Source: the human T2T-CHM13v2.0 reference genome, Homo sapiens. Taken from it: a DNA stretch of 64,000 nt. This document shows positions 41,389 to 56,200 of this stretch, in pieces; the first letter of the stretch is position 1, and each line of letters starts with the position of its first letter. Under the pieces are notes generated by a model that saw only the letters and a list, made by a program, of their open reading frames with translations, was not told where the DNA came from and did not search any database. The stretch lies in the NCBI RefSeq assembly GCF_009914755.1, contig NC_060937.1. The stretch is one strand, 5' to 3'. A program made the translations under genes and the position numbers.

Positions 41389-41674
41389 CTTCAAAACAGA
41401 AAAGAAAACACTCAGGGCAGAATAGCAAAGTTTTCAGAGCCATCTCCTGAGTCAGAATGCTTTGGTCTAATATTTCCTCTACTACATTATTGTGTGAAGG
41501 TATTCAAGCTATATAAATACCCTGCTCCTTAATTTCATCTACAAAATGAAGATCATAATTCATATAAACATCTAAAAAATATAAGTGCTAAATAAGTGCT
41601 ATACAAGTGTTTGCTATTAACATTTTCTGTAATGTATAGTTTAGTCATAACTTCAGTATGAAGAAGGGGTTATC

Positions 41675-42138
<464 letters not shown>

Positions 42139-44217
42139 TCAGAGTGTCCCAAAGATTGCTTTTTAGCTTCTTTTTAGAAGCAAAACCAGAAGAGTATCTG
42201 CCTTGATTGAGCTGTGTTGAAAATCACTGGAGTTAGGACCATAAGAATCCTAGGTACAGTCTGAATGTGAATTGACTCAACGACTTAATGGATTGCCGAG
42301 TCTTAACATCAATTAAGACAGATCCGATAAGTATGTCCAAAAGGGTAATAAAATAATTCAGCAGGTCTTCATAAATATGAAATATTAAATATTTGCAATG
42401 TGTCATTCAATCAGACAGATAAGATCTATGCTTCAGAGAACAGGAACTCATAAAGCTTTTAAATGAATACGAAAAAAGCATTAACTGAGGCACAAATTAA
42501 AACAGACAGCACAGTGAATCTCTATGGGCAAGAAGCCTTTCTAGTACCTCAATATCCCAGGAGACACAGCAAAGTAGGAAGAAACCTAGGGAAATAGGAA
42601 TAAGGATTCAAGAAAGTAGCAAAGTTTAGTGGGGATCTTTCACAAGATTATTCCAATATTAATACAAAAAAGAAAGGGCAAAAAGATTCCACACATGATA
42701 AATAAGATCGGACAGACTGAAAAATCTCTCCATGAGGTTAAACAGATTCCCTTCATGAGATACTATGTTTTCATTAATTCTGTAAATTTCAAAGGCTGAA
42801 TGAAATAAGGGTCTAGCACTGCTGAAGCTTGCGTAAGTATCCCACTCATGGTCAGAGGAAAATAAAGACAGTAATCCTTTGACAGATTAAATGTTTCAAA
42901 CCTCAAAAATTAATGCATTCAAATGCTTCAAAGGAATATGTTTATTGATGAGTAAATATGGTTATGGGGATAGAGGACAAAGATAATTCATAATAGCTTG
43001 ATCTAAGGCCATTCTGTGCTAAAACAGGAGTAACGAAACTAAGACAAGTATAAAACTCATTCCAACTTCCCTACAAACATGTAACAGGCCCCAGTGGGAA
43101 AATGGAATTTAACATGTGTGCGTGCATGTTTCTGTGTGTGTGTGTACACTCTGCTTTTGTAATGGTTTGACTGATTTTTGATATTTCGCTAAAATGTAAT
43201 GAATCAGGATTATACAAATATCTTGGTCCTTGACTACGACAACCCATAAAAGCTACCAAGCTCCCATTTCTTAAAAGCACAAATTGATTAATTAATACAA
43301 AGGGATAACAGCAGTATGTGACTGAATTTAAGTTTTTCCCTTAGAATTCCTTGAGGAAAGCATACATTTCTCTACTCAACATAATATTTATGTGTTCAAT
43401 CAAGACTAAAATTGTAAAAATTGGGCAATGGATCTAGTTTTGGCAAATTAGGCAGGTCCTCACAGCAATTGCTGTGTGGGTTGAAAGAAGAGTGGGAGAG
43501 CATTCAATTCATTAAACACTCCTACAGCATTCTATCTTTACTAACAATCTTGCAGAGAATTCTGCATCTATTCTTATTGCTACCAACAATATACAATATT
43601 CTTTAATACATAATATTTCATTTCTATGCCTGCTGGCAAAGCTGCAAAAAACAAAAAGAATGATATGGTCAATAAATAATTTCTCCAGTCAGAATATTAA
43701 TACAAACTTTCTTATACCTTGCCCTTAGATGAATGATTCAATGCCCAGGAATATAAACTACCTTGTAAAAGTATCAGTGAGAGAGAAAAACTCTGCACAC
43801 TGAAGAGGAATGAAAAGGAAGCTACCCAGAAACAAGACCCCTACTCCACACACTGACCACAACCGCCCCACCCTCTTCCTTCACTAGCACTGTCATTTGA
43901 GATGTCCCATTCCTCATCTGTAAAATGGGATAATAAAAATGCCTGCCTTGCAACACCCCAGTGGCAACAAACACACCCCGCACCCAGATCTTGGTTTCTA
44001 ATACCATTTGTCAATAAGAGGAACGAGGGCTCTGTGATGAAATGAATGATTCCAGGACTGAGGCAGGAGATATATAAGATGGTGTATGGGTATGAGTATG
44101 GCACATCTTGAAAGTACCAGAAAGTAGAGAAGTACAATTAAAAAAAAATGTTTGACATACAATAAGGGAGATATGTCAGAGAGATACAAAAGTCAACTAA
44201 AAGAGTTACCAATGGCA

Positions 44218-44545
<328 letters not shown>

Positions 44546-45218
44546 CTAAAACAAATTGGGCAACAAAATAAAGTTGTACTGGATTATAATCCACAATATA
44601 AAATAAATATCCATGAATCCACACTGATATAAAAATGATGTGATAGGTAGGTAGATAGATAAGGGGGATGAGACAAATCTCCTAAGCAGAATAATTCCAA
44701 ATAATTTATGTGTATACTTCACACCCAAGGAGGTGGAGTATAATTCCTTACTTCTGAAGTGTGGGGTCCACACAGTGGCTTCCTTCCAAGAGAACAGTAA
44801 TAAAGACCATAATCCTTTATTACGGAAAAGAACAACTTTACAGTGGAGAAAGCTGACAACCCCTATTTCAGCCAGGTAATCAATGTCAGTATGGAGATGA
44901 TAAGTCATTTTGACAGTATGTACCCTTGATGTGATGTAATGAGAACGGCACTTTACCTATGTGGTCCTCCTCCCAAAACTCATCACCCTAGACTTAACAT
45001 GAGAGGGCATCAGACGAATCTCGACTGAGAGACACTCTACAAAATACCCGACGAGCACACCTCAAACTGCCAAGGTCATCGAACACAAGGAAAGTCTGAA
45101 CAATTGTCACAGCCAAGAGGAGTCAGATGTGATCACAAAACCTAATGTGGTATGCTAGACAGGATCCTGGAACTCAAAAGGGACTGCAGATGAAAACTGA
45201 GGAGATCTGAATAAAGTA

Positions 45219-45810
45219 CAGTAGGTTCTCAGATAACATCATTTTGTTCAGCATCATTTGATTACAGCATTGACGAGAATGAAAAAAAAAAAAAATAGAT
45301 CCCCAGCCCAAGCCACTGTCTGTGTGGAGTTTGCATGTTCTCCCACGTATTTGCATGGGTTTCTCCAGGTAGTCCAGCGAGCTCCCACACTCCAAAGCTG
45401 TGCCCATTAGGGAAGCTGGCATGTCTGCATGGTCCCAGATTGAGTGTGCGTGTGTGTCACCTGCAATGGGAGGGCATCCTGTCCAGGGCTGTTCCTGCCC
45501 TGCGCTCCAAGATGCCAGGATGGGCTCTGGCCACCGCCCTGAACTGGAATAACTGAGTAATTATCTTATTGATTTTTATTAATCTTTCTGAAATGTATGT
45601 ATAGCTCCTATTTATTTCAGTGGTTAATATTAGAAGTGTTTTGTTCTTTATTTAGAAGCTGGGTGATATTTCTGTAACCAGAAATTTGCCATAGGAACTT
45701 AACTCTTGTTCCTATCAATCAGTCTATAGTAAATTTGGCATGTTTAGACGTTCTTTCACTTAAACTCTGGGTTTCTAAGAACTATCTGTGACTTAAATGA
45801 GGACTTACTA
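45219..45810 (+). mobile_element. MER6A (TcMar-Tigger) DNA transposon
   Basis: Termini cagtaggttctc...gaggacttacta flanked by TA; internal ctgtctgtgtggagtttgcatgttctccc...tgcatgggtttctcc; about 590 bp. Confidence 0.88.
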
Positions 45811-46961
45811 TATGAACTTTTATTTAATGTATCAATATTGGTTCACTAATCGAAACAAAGATCCCATACCAACCTACGATATTAGCAACACGGGAAACTG
45901 GGCATCAGGTATACAGGAACTTTCTTTGCCATCTTCTCAATTTTCCTGCAAATCCACAACTCCAAAAAATAAAGTTTATTTTTAAAAATTCCTGCCTTGC
46001 CTTCCATACAAGGTTAAATTTTTCAGAAGTTTATGGAAACACATAGTTTGTTAAAAGGCTACACCACTTAAAAATTTAAAATAAATTTAAAAATAAATAT
46101 TATAGGCTTTCATTTTTTTCACTTTTTTGAAAAAGGAAAGCATTCCATTTCACTTCAGAGGGTTCTTTCCAAAGAATTTTTCCATCCAGGAAAAAAGAAG
46201 AAAGGAAAAGAAAAAAGACTGAACAACTATGTCACTGGGTGGGACCCTTGGAGAGGATACTAGAAAAAAGAGAGTTACTGTAAGAGATTACAATCAGAAG
46301 TGAATCATATAAGATTATTAGTTTCTTAACTGTAGTTGTGACAGTTTGCATAAATACACTGCAACCACTCTAAGAAGGAATGTTTCATTATAACTAACAT
46401 AAATGATCATTACTTAGACAAATGTTATGATTTTTTTAACCACAGATACTTTCATTTGATATTACTACTGTGTCCTATAAAGGCAAAGAATATTTTGCAT
46501 TTTCCTTACTATACCATATAAGACTTAAAATACCAAATTATATATCTTAAATTTTATTTTTTATCTCTTCACTATCATTGATTCTCCTATAAATTATTGA
46601 CTTTAATATTCATTGTTTTCTTAGGAAAGAACTACTGAAAAACAGGAAAAAAATCAAGAAATTAACATATATATTGGTTTTTAAACCACAGCATTATGAA
46701 ATCTAAATGGTATATAATGCAACTGGATGTATATTTATCTTCCGAGAATCCTCTCCAACCAGTCCTCCTCTATGCCAGAGAAATGCCACTTAGTCTACAT
46801 GCTTGGGTAAGGATGTCCCCTCCCCTCCACATCAGCAGTGGCCATATGACCCAAGCCTAACAGCTGTGAGGATTTGCCCCTTAGTCACCTTGATTGATTT
46901 AGGAAATAGGTGACCAGGCCAAGTGTTAAATTATCAGAAAAGTGCTTGCTTTAAAAAGCCA

Positions 46962-47323
<362 letters not shown>

Positions 47324-47492
47324 CTAAGATAAAGCAAACAGAGGCAAAAATAAATAAAGTAACCAAGAAGTGAATAGAGAGAGTACTAAGGATACTAGTC
47401 AAATTGCCACATGCAGCAGTTCTTAAACACGGCTTCACCTCTTAGGTGTCCCATTCCATAAACGCTTTTTTGATTAAACAAGTTTCAGTTAG

Positions 47493-47999
47493 TGTATCAT
47501 TTAAGATTAGGTTTGGCTGCAAGTGTCAGCAAACTTAAAAGGACAGTGGCTTAGACATTACTGAAGTTTCTATTTCTCGCATTCCAAGTGCAAAGTCAGG
47601 CAGTCAAGGGTATGGAAGCTGTGCTTCCCCAAGCCTCACAGAACTCATGTACATTCCAGCTCATAGCTCCACCATGCCCAGGGTGGGACACACCCAAATG
47701 GTTCAATATAGCACTGAGACAGACGTCCAGCTGTCACACCCACATTCCAGGCAACAGAACTGAAGAAAGAAGGACAATGTGGAGTAAAAGGAATGTACTG
47801 GGGGACTTTACAGGTGGAGCAGCTTTACAAGCTGCTCACTATACATCAGCTTCCATCTCACTGGCTAGAACTTGCTGGCCACATGTAGAGGCTGGAATAC
47901 GTCATCTTTATTCTAAGCAGCCACACACACAATGAAAATTCTATTGTCACGGAAGAAGAAAGGAAGGAATAGACTGGGCGACACTCAGCCTCTCTCACA
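47493..47999 (-). mobile_element. MLT1J/K-like MaLR solo LTR
   Basis: tgtatcatttaagattaggtttggctgc...cagtggcttaga...cacattccaggcaacag...ctcactggctagaactt...ctctctcaca; TG...CA ends. Confidence 0.8.
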
Positions 48000-49149
48000 G
48001 CTGGGTTTCTGTAACTTCCAATAAGACAACTATCACAAATCATATGCTACATAATTGCTGTTCTCTCAAGGACTGTTTTTTTTTTCCCAAAATGAGAACT
48101 TTTAGGCATTAAATCACTGTAGTATTTATGTTTTGGGAATCCCATACAGCAATGACACATACTTAGAGAACAGAATATTAACACCTAATTTCACATTTTA
48201 GACCATTGAGAGTAGAGCTTTATCATGTGGCCCAAAGTTGCTAACATAAGAATGTGAATTTAATAAGGAATTAAATTCTGGAATAGATAAGGAAATAAGT
48301 CAAGAAACCCAACAAAGCCCTGGTAAAACATAAATAACTGACAGAAAGGGAAACTTAAATGGCCAACTAGAATATGACTTCTGAGTAAAGAAAACAGACT
48401 GATTATGAACCTTGACTTGCACTCTCTCCCCAATTCAAATAAAGTAAGATGGAATAGATTTTTCTTTAGATACAGAATGTGAGATAAGTCAATAAGCACA
48501 AGATTTCTGAAAAGGTTAAAAAGTAAGTGGAAGAAATGATTTGGCAGACCCTGGAAAGCCGAATGAGGGAGGCCGGCCAATTGTGAAGAAAAATAACAAG
48601 CAACCTGACACAGCCAACAAAACCTCCCAGAATCTGGGACACTCTCAGCTCCCTACGACCAGAAATGGCGGTAAAAGTCTAGCTAAAATGAGGAAGACTG
48701 ATTGACAGTCCACTTGAGAATTAGTTAGATTTCCACATATCCTCGTGAACACAGCTGGAGGACTGTCCTTCTCAGCCCCAGAAGTCTAGCAGTTTAGTGC
48801 TAGTGCAGAGTCAAACAAAGGGCCTCCACTGAGAGACTCCATAGACATCTTGTACAAGAGAAAATCATACCAAGAACAGAGTGAGGGAACAAAGAGTGAT
48901 AAGATGTCCAGTTTCTTCTCATTCAAATTGCAAACTGCTGGCAGCCTGGTCTACAATGGTAGGCAGAAGCTTGAAAGGTTTTTCTATGGAAGACCTAATT
49001 AGCCCTAGACTCAAGCCTAAAGACAGTTCCTGCCATCAAGGGTGCAACACATAATAGCCCAGCCAGGTGACTCTGCTGAGAAGAGCACAGACTAGCTCAG
49101 AGCTTTCAGGAAGCTGCTTAGTGCCCCACACAGAGATTACAGACATTAT

Positions 49150-50270
49150 TAATGCACTCACCAAATAAGAGGACGTCATTAAAAAAGTGTTATTCTCAGA
49201 ACAACAAGAAAATGTTCTTAGAAATTAAAAATATGATAGTAAAAATTAAAGAATAAATAAGAAGACAAAAAGACAATGATGATGTGGTCTTTCAGAAAGC
49301 AGAACAAGACTGAAAACAGGAGCAAAATAATAATAAAATTGGAATTCCAGCGTGGGATAATCCAACATTTGAGAATGAGAGCTAAAGAGAGAAGAGAGAA
49401 AATGGAGATAAGAACAGCATCAACCAAATAGGGGATCCCTTGCTCTTCAAATTCTCATTCTCCGAACTCAGGAACCAAAAGGAAGAGGAAAGTAAGTTCT
49501 GCAATAGTATCTTTGGAAGAAACAGTACCCCAATCCTCTGACATGTCCTAACACTGTTGCTTGCCATCTGAACTCAGTAAATGAATCAATTTGGATACCA
49601 TGAGATTTCTGGTGATGGTGGTTTTGTTGTTGTTGTTGTTGTTGTTTTTAATTCCCTAAAGGAAGGACTTACGTTTACAGAATGATAGGGCCCACTGAGT
49701 ATCCTGCAAAACTTGACAAAAACAGGCCGCATAAAGGCATGTCATTGAGAAATTCAGAACATCTGGAACAAGACACTTCTACAAGATTTCAGAGAGAAAG
49801 AAAAAAAAAGAGTGGGGAGAGAAAAGTAACTGACAAATGTATTGGGAATCTTAATGGCATCCCAATGTAATCTAGAGTGGAAGGATGCTTTGAAATCCCA
49901 AAGGAAAATTATTTCCAATCTTCAGTTATAGACCATACTACATTATCGGTCTTGTATAAATGTTAAGATATTTTACACATGCTGGATTTGAAAAAATTCA
50001 CCTCTCCTACAATCTCCCTCCTCAGAAAGGATGATATGCTTAGCAAAGAAGAGAGTACACAAAGAAGGAAAAAATCTTGATATGAGGAGACAAAGGACAC
50101 ACAGGGAGGGAAGGATGGTTACGGGTAAGCCTGAGGATGAGGGCTGTGTACAAGGCAAAGCACACCTGATGGCCCCAAGAAGATGTACTTGACAGACACC
50201 TCTGGAATCTGAACGCATTGAGAGGAGAATCAGACAATTCTGGGTTTGAAGCAGGGATAACAACATCAGA
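49150..50270 (+). mobile_element. HAL1 (half-L1) fragment, possibly extending upstream to about 48400
   Basis: aaggaaaattatttccaatc...acatgctggatttgaaaaaattcacctc...ctcagaaaggatgatatgct...aggatgagggctgtg resembles the HAL1 ORF1 end and 3' region. Confidence 0.65.
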
Positions 50271-50271
50271 A

Positions 50272-50986
50272 ACTGAAAACACAGAAAAAATTACTGTTAT
50301 TGGTCTGGTCAATGATTTCTTCAATATGACCCCAAAAGCACAGGCAACAAAAGCAAACATCAACAAATGAAATTCCATCAACCTAAAAAGCTACACCACA
50401 AAGGAAACTGTCAACAGAGTGAAAAGACAACCTACAGAATGAGAGATAATATCTGCTAAACATTCATTTGATAAGGAGTTAATATCCAAAATATAAAAGG
50501 AACTCAATAGCAAGAAAACAGGCAAAAAAAATCTAAACAGACATTTCTCAAAAGACGTAGAAATGGCTCATAGTTACATGAAAAGGTGCTCAACACAACT
50601 AATTATCAGGGAAGTGCAAACTAAAACAACAAGACATCATCTCACAGCTGTTAGAATGGCCATTATCAAAAACACAAATAACAAGTGTTGGTGAGACTGC
50701 GGAGAAAAGGGAACCGTTTTACACTGCTGGTGGGAACAGAAATTACAACAGCCATTACAGAAAAGTGTGTAAGTTCTTCAAAAGTTAAAAACAGGACTAC
50801 CATATGATCTACCAATCCCACTACCGAGTATGTAACCAAAGTAAATGAAATCAGATCAGTATGTTAACTAGATTATCTGCACTCCCATGTTTATTGCAGC
50901 AGTAATCACAATATTTGTAACCAAGCTAACTGTCCATCAATGGATGAATGGATAAAGAAAATGTGGTGTGTGTATACATACACACA

Positions 50987-51032
<46 letters not shown>

Positions 51033-51038
51033 GGAATT
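50272..51038 (+). mobile_element. L1MA/MB-type ORF2-end fragment lacking its 3' end
   Basis: attggtctggtcaatgatttc...atgaccccaaaagcacaggcaacaaaagc...tctgcactcccatgtttattgcagca...gataaagaaaatgtgg. Confidence 0.9.
50980..51030. repeat. (CA)n microsatellite inside an L1
   Basis: About 25 CA units with one interruption. Confidence 0.95.
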
Positions 51039-51424
51039 CCGCTACCAACTCTGTAAGAACTCTGCACATTTAGGGACATATTTCAGGCAAACTGGAAAGT
51101 ATGCTTGGGTGGTGGTGCGAGGAGGGGCATGAAACAGGAAGAAGAGTAGAACTGGGGAATGAAGATAAAGAAAGTAAAATGAGTGAAACAGCAGAGGTGT
51201 CTTGTTTTCCTGGTACTAGTAAGAGTGGTGGGGCATGAACTGAGGAATAGAACAGACTCAACCATGTACATCAGATGATCAAACATACCATCACCACTCG
51301 CCATCACACCCCGCCCCTAAAAAAAGAGAAAGGGGGAGAAAGAATTGGGATCAAGTTAGAAAGAAACAGAAGTAGGATCAAGTAAAAAGGAAAGGGAACT
51401 TGGAATCGTAAGATAAAAATCCCA

Positions 51425-51708
51425 TAAAGTTAGAGTTATACAGGAAGAATAAGTTCTAACATTCCTTTGCACAGTAGGGTGACTATAGTTAACAATAATA
51501 TAGTGTGTATTTCAAAACAGCTAGAGGAATGCATTTTGAATGTTCTCCACAAAGAAATTATACATGTTCGAAGTGATGGATTTGCCAACTACCCTAATTT
51601 GATCATTACACATTGTATAAAACTATCAAAACATCATAGTATACCCCACAAATATGTACAATTATTATGTATCAATAAACATAAAATGAAACTTAAAGAA
51701 AAAAAAAG
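51425..51708 (+). mobile_element. L1MA4-like 5'-truncated 3' end inserted into a MIR
   Basis: cacagtagggtgactatagttaacaataata...ttgatcattacacattgta...aatatgtacaattattatg; TSD aagataaaaatccc (51410-51423) / aagataaagattcc (51709-51722). Confidence 0.9.
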
Positions 51709-53039
51709 AAGATAAAGATTCCAAAGTCTGGCTCCAAAACCTTCAAGGTGTATGATTTAAATTTTACCTTTCTATGCCTCAGTTTCCTTATATATAAAAA
51801 AGAAAGAACTAACTTTTTAGAGTGATTCTGAGAATTAAACCATAGTCTATAAATACCAGGGTTTTAAAGCTCAGAAAACAGAAAACAGCTCCATGTGCCC
51901 ATCATTTGGCATCAGAAACATTGTGCACATTGTGTAGGTCTCTCCAAAAAAACTGGGCCACAGACAGGAATTGTCACGCTGCCTGGGTTTACCTGCTACT
52001 CATTAGATAATTCTGAGAATTACATTTTAAAATAATTGTTGGAAGCGTCTACTCTTTTTTTTAAGTTTTCTATTACTCCCATTCTTGAGATGACTATTTT
52101 CTACTGAAAATAAGTTTTCGGACACTACAGAAAGGAAATAACAATGAGCCAACTTATTAAAGCTGAGAATCAAGTTACTAGGCAGGGAGGCACATTATTT
52201 ACCCAGCCCAGCGCCACACTCCACCATCATGTGGCGGCCAGATCACATGACACATGATTCAAAGGGAGAATTCTTAAGCAAGTTTCCACTCTAGCTTCCT
52301 AAGTTTTAAAGTCAATGTGCCAGAGTCAACATTTGCACATCACGGCCATAAGTAAAGAATCAAGTGAAATCAAACGTCATTGCCTCTACAAAAGGACATC
52401 CTTACTGGTGTCTGTCCTTCCCTCCCATTACTACAGCTGAGATGAAAAGTTGAAGGGCAACTGGCTCTCTCTCCCCTGTGTATCATCTCCTCATTTCTGC
52501 CTCATAAACTTCTAAAATACTCCACTCCCTGGCTAGTAGGGTTTTTCCTCATAATCTCTGCCAATGAAATATCTTGTTTTCCCTCTAAAACATCAGTCTT
52601 CCCTGGCTACCATATGCTCTATCCACCACCGTCATACAAGAAGTCATTAAGAATGCACATGTGTACTTATTCCGCACCAGGAGGGCCCTTGTGTCAATCA
52701 GGAAACTATATTATCTAGATTTTATTTTCAATCTGGTTGTATGTTGATAATGAACATCTTTCAATACTTGCTGTAATAAATGAAAATACCTAAAATAATT
52801 AAGAATAAATTATGTTCAAAGTATACTTAATACTGCACATAAGCAATTCTACTGAATACAGCATTGATAGTGAAAAATTCCATTTGCCATTTATGGTGAA
52901 AAACTGACTATATCCTACACATACTTTATTTATACTAAATATACATTCCTTGTAAGAGAGAGATCTCTCACCTTTCATTAAACTATAAAAATCATGCTAA
53001 CAAGAAATACCATATATTTTCTTTGTCTTTCCTTCCATT

Positions 53040-53270
53040 ACCACTAACAACAAGGATATCATGTGTCAGGCACTGTCCTAAGTCCTTCCCATGTATTAAT
53101 TAATTTAATGCTCTTAACAACCTAATGAGCTAGGGTTCACATCGCTGTTTCATAGATGAGGAAACTAAAGTATAGAGAAGTTAAAAGCCCGCTCAAAGAC
53201 ACACATTAAGCAAGCACTGGAACAGGATACAAACCCAAGCAGTCAGACCCTGAAACAGTTAACCACTGGC
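53040..53270 (-). mobile_element. MIR SINE
   Basis: atgtgtcaggcactgtcctaagt...ttaatgctcttaacaacct...agatgaggaaactaaagtatagagaagttaa...aaacccaagcagtcagac. Confidence 0.85.
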
Positions 53271-56200
53271 TTCCATAATAGCCAGAATAATGCTTTGCAA
53301 AGGTGGAGGTTACATGCCTGGAAAATTGGACTCAGCACAAGCAGATGTGTAATAAGTATAGAATGAATGGTTGCAAGCTTGAATTATTGCATGAATATTC
53401 TTGGACTAGAAATGTTTTTAAAATATTGCCTAAAATTATATCAGTACATTGTTAAGAGGGAGAATGAGGTGGAGGGAAAGCAGAAAACTTTGTGGCATGT
53501 CTGCATTTTAGTCACAATGAATGGTAAAATGGGACCTAGAGACACATAGTCATTAAAAGAACTAAGGATAAATTCATTCTGTGGGATTAATGGGTACAGA
53601 ATATTACTATGAACATTTAGAGGCATATTTCTTAGTCGTAATTAAGAAAGTATTTGTGTCATATCTTAATGAAATCCCACTCTCAAGAAACATTTGCATG
53701 TATTTCATCACATAAAAATAATCTTAGGGCACTGTAAATTTTAAATTGCTCCAGAATATCTTCAATAGGTATTTCATACTACTCACAGTATGAAAATTCT
53801 TAGACCAAAGAAAGAAAACAACAAAACATATAAAGTCTGCTCCTAACTCCAAAGACTGACAACTGACAGGCTTGTGAAGGCCACTGGAACAATTCATAAA
53901 GAGAAATCAAAGCAACTGACTTCAGAATGATCATTTAAATTTTCAGATGCTTTGGCCAAAAATTTGGTATCATTTATACATGATACAGAATATAAAAAAG
54001 CCATTAGGGTAGCTGTAGTCAGAAGCTGGAGTTTTTCCATCAGCATAAAAATCCCACGGAGAGTCAGCTCACCATGACCTGTATCAATTCCCTTGTAGAG
54101 GACCAAGCCCGAGACCTGATGGGAGAGGCTGGCAAGGAAGAGCAAGGAAGTGAATACTTGGTTTTAGAAAGACAGAACAAAAGAGAACTTCAAGATTATC
54201 AAGTTCAAATGATTCATTTTACAAACGAAAAAACAACTCAAGGCTTAATGCAGGAGCACATAAGCTTCTAAGATCAGAATCCAGGGCCATTCTCACAACT
54301 GTGCTGCCTCCTTTGTTAATGCAATTTTTTGGTGTTCCTAATATATCAAGGTTCCTATACATTTTGCTAACTACATTAACACCATTGGCTTTTATTCACT
54401 GGACCGTGTACTTTCCATTCTTGATAGAATTGCTTGTACCTCATTTTCCAAAATAAAAACAATGTCTACGATCTTAAGAAAAATTACTCATAAGCTTAAA
54501 CATCTTCAGTGCACATATACACTAATTTGAAATTAGCAAAGACTTAATACTAAAGAAAATAAAAGTTCATTGTATTATACTTTGTATGGACACATGACAT
54601 TTATTCCAAAACATGATAATACAGCATCACACACATCAGAACATCGCGATGAAGAAGGTAAGAAATTACAATAACAGGGCAAAGAAATTAAGACAAAGAG
54701 ACGTCAAATATCTTGCTCAAGAGCACCTAGCAGAATATGCAATTGTACAGCAGCCACTGACATTTACCAAATATTTTTAAAGCATCAGAAAAATCATGTT
54801 AAGAAAAACTGCCATAAGAAAGCTAACAAAGTTGTAACAAGTCAAATTCTGCCCTTTACTCTCTCACCAAAATATCGTGTAGTGTTGGCATCAAGTAGTT
54901 GGAAGTTTAGACTTCTATTTCTCAAATCCATTCCATTTACTTACATGTCTTTAAAAGGCAAAACCCTAGCTGTAAAGCAATTTATTAGAAGAAAAAAAAT
55001 GTTTGTACTGATGGAACACAACAACAAATCAATACAAAGCATTTATTTACTTTGCCATCAGATTATCTGAGGATGTCTGGAAACTGTATTTTCTTGGTTC
55101 TTTACAAGATGCAACAGAAAGCTGCAAAGCGTGCTCCAGTAGGTCTGATCTCGTATCACACTGTGCACATATGATGTGCATCACCATCTATGCAAGAATA
55201 TGGAAACAAACTATAGGCACAGTCAACCTTCCACAGTGTTTTTACAAAGCTCTTCTGTTTTCACCTGGGCTTAGCTTCTCTGCAGCCAGAGCTCACCATG
55301 GCTCTTACCACGGACAGTCAAGATACGTCCAAAGGAAATTTTCCCTGTAACACTGGAAGGTAGGATAAGCAACGGTGGCAGAGGGAAAAAAACAACCAAC
55401 AACAATTTACCCTAAACACTGAGTTGTTCTAGCAGCAGGTGGACAATAAGCAGTGTATATAAAACCTCAAGTCTGGGGCCAGGATAAACGGAGGCATGTA
55501 AGGCCCAGGAAGGACAAACAGCAGGCTTGGATAATGATATCAAAACAACCCCAAGAACAGTGGTAGATGTGCACAGGTGGGTAACAGAGGCAGAAGAAAC
55601 AGAAAGAAGCATTGAGCATGAGCTGTGCCAACACCTTCTGAGGCTATCCTCAACCCAGTTCAGGAAAACATGGGTGTACCTGAGAACTCAGATGCAGACA
55701 CCTGCAGATACTTGCCAGAAGAGGAAAGCAGAAGGAGGTAAGAGTCCAGCAGCTCCCAACCACAAATGTTTTTAAAATAGGATATAGGAATGGAGGAGGT
55801 CTGAGGGAGGAAGAAAGGGAGAGCAAGAGGGAGGGAAAGAGGGAGAGAAGCAGGCAAGAATGGAGCCCACACTGTGATTTAAAGAGGAAGAAAACCAAGA
55901 ACCATATTGGGTGTACACAGCAGCCCATCAGTTATGCAACATACATGTAACCCAAATTTCACTGACTGTCACTTCTTTCTAAAGCATCTGTTAGGGGATT
56001 TGTTCCTGTATGTTCGTTGGTAGTTTTTTAGGGCCTGGCTTTTATTGCTCACTTGTCATTCTACTTACAGTAAAGATTAATAACACTTCATATGGTGTGT
56101 GATGAATAAGAAATTCAACTGACACGGCACTAGGTGTAAAATTATGCAGTACATCCATCGCTTTGAGTGCATGAGAATTCGATTTAACATGAAGAGCTCC

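Noticed and set aside
51039-51424. Foreign sequence captured inside a single L1
   Set aside because: The downstream L1 piece has its own TSD and sits inside a MIR, so the two L1 pieces are separate insertions and the intervening DNA is ordinary flank.
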